64,000 nt of DNA from Dokdonella sp. (GTDB lineage Bacteria; Pseudomonadota; Gammaproteobacteria; Xanthomonadales; Rhodanobacteraceae). Each line of letters starts with the position of its first letter. The first letter of the stretch is position 1. The position numbers and the translations under genes are program-made. The notes below the pieces were generated by a model. The model searched no databases. It was not told the origin of the DNA and worked only from the letters and a program-made list of their open reading frames with translations. Below, piece by piece: positions 61,330 to 64,000 of this stretch. The DNA lies in contig NZ_DASSYD010000207.1 of assembly GCF_035703485.1 (NCBI RefSeq), positions 8,126 through 72,125 of the forward strand, written 5' to 3'.

Positions 61330-62355
61330 ATGAAATCGTCCTCTTCTCACTCACGTTCCGTGCGCGGCTCAGCCGCACTCACGATCATAATCATTCTCAT
61401 CTTGCTGGCTGCAGCGGCCGCAGGCGCCTGGTGGTACCTCACCCAACGTGGAGCCGCCGTGCCAACAGCGGGACCCGCCGCAACGACAGCTCCGATATCG
61501 GGCTCCGCAACCGCCGAAGATGCTGAAGCAAAGGCGGCCGCCGCCGCAGCCGCGGCCGCCGCGGTCGAAGGCCTGAGTATTGACCAGCTCTATCGCGAAG
61601 CGCGCAAGGCCATGGCCGATCAACGCCTGGTGGCTCCTGCCGGCAACAATGCACTGGAGTTCTATCTCGCCATCCTCGAAAAGGATGAGAACAATACTGG
61701 AGCAGCCGATGCACTGCGCGAACTGTTTCCGTTCGCCAGCGGCACCGCAGAACAGGAAATCAACCAGGGCAACCTGGAAGAAGCTGATCGCATCATCGAG
61801 TCGCTGGCGAAGGCCGATCCGAGCAACTACACCTTGACCATCTTGCGCAGCAAGCTCGACGCCAAGAGCAAGCAGCTTGAACAACAAGCCGCAGAAGCTG
61901 CGGCAGCCGCGGCTGCACCACCGCCGACGCCAACGCCGCCAACAAGTGTTGTCGACGAAGCCACTCAACCCGCTTCGGACACAGCCGCAGCGGTCGATGC
62001 CACACCACAACCCGCACCGCCACCTGCACCTGCCGTGGCCGCTCCGGCACCCCAGCCGGTCGCGGCCGCACCAAGAGGCGAAAGCCGTGACGTCGATGTG
62101 GTGACCCCTTCACCGCCCAGCTACCCGCGTGCGGCCGCAAGAGATCGCCAGGAAGGCTGGGTCGAAGTCGAATTCACGGTTACTGCGGACGGCAAGGTTG
62201 TCGATGCAAAGGTAACCGCATCCGATCCCCAACGCGTCTTCGATCGCGAGGCGATCCGCTCCATCGAACGTACCCAGTTCAGTCCGCGAATGGAAAACGG
62301 AGTCGCAGTCAACGCAACGGTCCGTCGCCGCATCGAGTTCAAGCTGGGACGCTGA
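61330..62355 (+). CDS. TonB-family protein (N-terminal anchor, Ala/Pro-rich spacer, TPR-like region, C-terminal TonB domain)
   Basis: Anchor ALTIIIILILLAAAAAGAWWYL, a Pro/Ala spacer, and the C-terminus PPSYPRAAARDRQEGWVEVEFTVTADGKVVDAKV...FDREAIRSIERTQFSP. Confidence 0.75.
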   Translation: MKSSSSHSRSVRGSAALTIIIILILLAAAAAGAWWYLTQRGAAVPTAGPAATTAPISGSATAEDAEAKAAAAAAAAAAVEGLSIDQLYREARKAMADQRLVAPAGNNALEFYLAILEKDENNTGAADALRELFPFASGTAEQEINQGNLEEADRIIESLAKADPSNYTLTILRSKLDAKSKQLEQQAAEAAAAAAAPPPTPTPPTSVVDEATQPASDTAAAVDATPQPAPPPAPAVAAPAPQPVAAAPRGESRDVDVVTPSPPSYPRAAARDRQEGWVEVEFTVTADGKVVDAKVTASDPQRVFDREAIRSIERTQFSPRMENGVAVNATVRRRIEFKLGR

Positions 62356-62375
62356 AGTAGCACGCGAATGAAGTA

Positions 62376-62414
62376 GGGAGAGCGATCGCGCAATGCGATC
62401 GCTCTCTTTTTTTG
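62376..62414 (+). terminator. Rho-independent terminator after the TonB-family gene
   Basis: gggagagcgatcgcg-caa-tgcgatcgctctc followed by T8. Confidence 0.85.
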
Positions 62415-62442
62415 CCGTGACCCAAACAGCCGGTCGGATTCG

Positions 62443-63069
62443 CTAGGCCATCAATGCATCACGCAGATCCACGAGCAGATCATGTTCTGCGTCGACAACG
62501 CTTCTTGATCCGCGCAATCTCAGCAGCCTGCTCATCGCCGCTTCATGGGTATCGCCAATGAGGTTGTGTTCGAGTTGTCCGGCAAGATCGGTCAACATCA
62601 ACAAACCCATCCCTCGCAAACTTCCATGATCTGCCACCGCGGCATTGCGCAGTTGGGTCGATGCTTCGTTGCGTGCCTGGATGGAGCGCAACGGGAAATG
62701 CAGCTTGCTCCACGGCAGCCACGATTCACGAACCCGGTGCAATACATCCCGCCGAAACAAGCTTTCGAGCAAATTGAAACTTGTCGGATTCAATCGGCCA
62801 ACCAGCAACTCGACCGCAGCCGAAGCCGGCAAGCCGCCTACCGGCCCGGCGAGTATCTGGGCGGCCGCCGCGAGTTGCGGATGGGTGGTTGGCAGAAGCG
62901 GTTCGATGACGAGATGTTTGCCCTGATAGCGCAACCTGCGTTGCTCGAACAAATCGAGAATCAGCGCAGCTGCGCACAACAGGTTGGCGTCTGCATGTGA
63001 CCGCGAAGCATCGAAATCGCCCGATTTCGGATCAATGCACAACAACATCAATTGTTCGGCTATCAGCAT
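62443..63069 (-). CDS. GPP34/GOLPH3-family protein
   Basis: MLIAEQLMLLCIDPKSGDF...LLCAAALILDLFEQRRL is the typical N-terminal pattern of bacterial GPP34 proteins. Confidence 0.7.
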   Translation of the reverse strand: MLIAEQLMLLCIDPKSGDFDASRSHADANLLCAAALILDLFEQRRLRYQGKHLVIEPLLPTTHPQLAAAAQILAGPVGGLPASAAVELLVGRLNPTSFNLLESLFRRDVLHRVRESWLPWSKLHFPLRSIQARNEASTQLRNAAVADHGSLRGMGLLMLTDLAGQLEHNLIGDTHEAAMSRLLRLRGSRSVVDAEHDLLVDLRDALMA

Positions 63070-63364
63070 TCAATGCCTCCCGGCAACGCTTGCAGCCCTG
63101 TAGGTCAACAATCCACGGACTTGGCAAACTTTTGAAACGCACTCGGGCGAGTGAGAGACAAGACAAAGCGAGCAACAAATGCGCAATTCGCATGCGAAAA
63201 CTTGGCATTTTCAAGCACGTTTCGCCGTCGTGTCGCTCCGACCGAGTAGAATTTCGACAAGCTGACCAGGCAACCATCAAGCCTCTGGCTGCCGTCCGTA
63301 ATGGAACCTGCCTGATCCTGCAAGGCTCTTCCAGCGTGAGCCCGAGCGGCGCAGGAACGCACGC

Positions 63365-64000
63365 TCATTTGACGTCACCACCTTTTCTGCTTGCGACACG
63401 TGTCGGACCAACTCCGGCCCAGTCCACTGAAGGCAAGCCCAGGTAGCGATCAAACAGCATCGGCATCAACCCCGCCGGCGCAGCCGATTCACAATTCCAG
63501 AGCATGACCATTCCGACTTTCCTTTTCGGCAGAAAGCCAATCATTGCGCGGTAGCCTTGCACGGCGCCCGCATGAAACACGAGTCGCTCGCCAGCATACT
63601 CGTAAACACGCCAACCAAGCGCATATTGCGCATCAAGCAAGCGCCCCCGACGCCACGGCGTCGAGCGCAAGTCACGCGGAGTTTCGACCAGCGGTGTCTG
63701 CAAGGTATGCAGGAGATCTGCCGACAGGACATCAGGCCGCCCTCCCATTTGCGCGATCAACCACTGCTCCATGTCGCGGAGACTTGCATTGACTCCAGCG
63801 GCCGGCGGCATTCGATAGTAGACCTCGTTGGGCATGAAAGCCTTCCACTGCTTTCCCCGGCGTCGATGCGGCCGCGCCCAATGAGCCGATTGCTCCAGGG
63901 CATCGCGTCCGTAGCTGGCGGTTTCCATTCCCAGCGGATGAAAAATGCGTTTGCCAACCTCGTGGTAGAAAAAGCTGCCGGTCAACGCGTAGGTGATATC
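63365..64000 (-). CDS. Serine hydrolase / class C beta-lactamase-family protein; N-terminus outside the window
   Basis: The frame is open to base 64000. ...LGMETASYG..., ...ALGWRVYEYAGERLVFHAGAVQGYRAMIGFLP (HxG/KTG-equivalent block) is typical of the C-terminal half of the family. Confidence 0.7.
   Translation of the reverse strand, partial: DITYALTGSFFYHEVGKRIFHPLGMETASYGRDALEQSAHWARPHRRRGKQWKAFMPNEVYYRMPPAAGVNASLRDMEQWLIAQMGGRPDVLSADLLHTLQTPLVETPRDLRSTPWRRGRLLDAQYALGWRVYEYAGERLVFHAGAVQGYRAMIGFLPKRKVGMVMLWNCESAAPAGLMPMLFDRYLGLPSVDWAGVGPTRVASRKGGDVK

Overview
By gene content, synteny (algZ-algR-hemC; rsmG-parA-parB; anr/fnr next to hemN) and visibly high GC, this 64-kb window looks like a gammaproteobacterial chromosome of Xanthomonadales/Lysobacterales type. 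That assignment is an inference and no search was run. Most of the window is densely packed core metabolism. It includes hemC, rpmB/rpmG, mutM, tdk, rep, thiC, pepQ, sdaA, gcvT/gcvH, an ABC-2/GldG export module, and an FNR-linked denitrification/anaerobic cluster (fnr, sco, nirV, nirK-cytochrome c fusion, hemN). A cytoplasmic three-subunit molybdoenzyme operon has a SoeABC-like layout. Five things do not look ordinary. (1) An accessory island of about 7.7 kb (about 30.6-38.4 kb) carries two pairings of an Asp/Asn-beta-hydroxylase-family cupin with a sulfotransferase, and one pairing is fused into a single 630-aa protein. The island also holds a ferritin-like protein with a lysine-rich tail, a decayed wHTH regulator, and an AT-rich module encoding a membrane-anchored Sel1-like protein and a small secreted Cys-containing protein. 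(2) A gene encodes a clear MetJ repressor core fused to a histone-H1-like (AKKA)n tail of about 130 aa. (3) The thiC TPP riboswitch appears to carry a 161-bp perfect-armed palindromic element inside its P5 terminal loop. (4) A family of (GGGGAGT)n heptamer arrays (G4N3 quadruplex pattern) is often arranged as inverted arms, and one copy sits in-frame inside the Fe-S subunit gene. (5) A structured element of about 220-290 bp with 22-bp terminal inverted repeats (MITE-like) is present in two full copies plus solo-end footprints. One copy is nested inside a heptamer hairpin, and one footprint lies inside the dead regulator. All functional calls come from reading the translations and recalling family motifs. 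No database search, GC calculation or folding was run.
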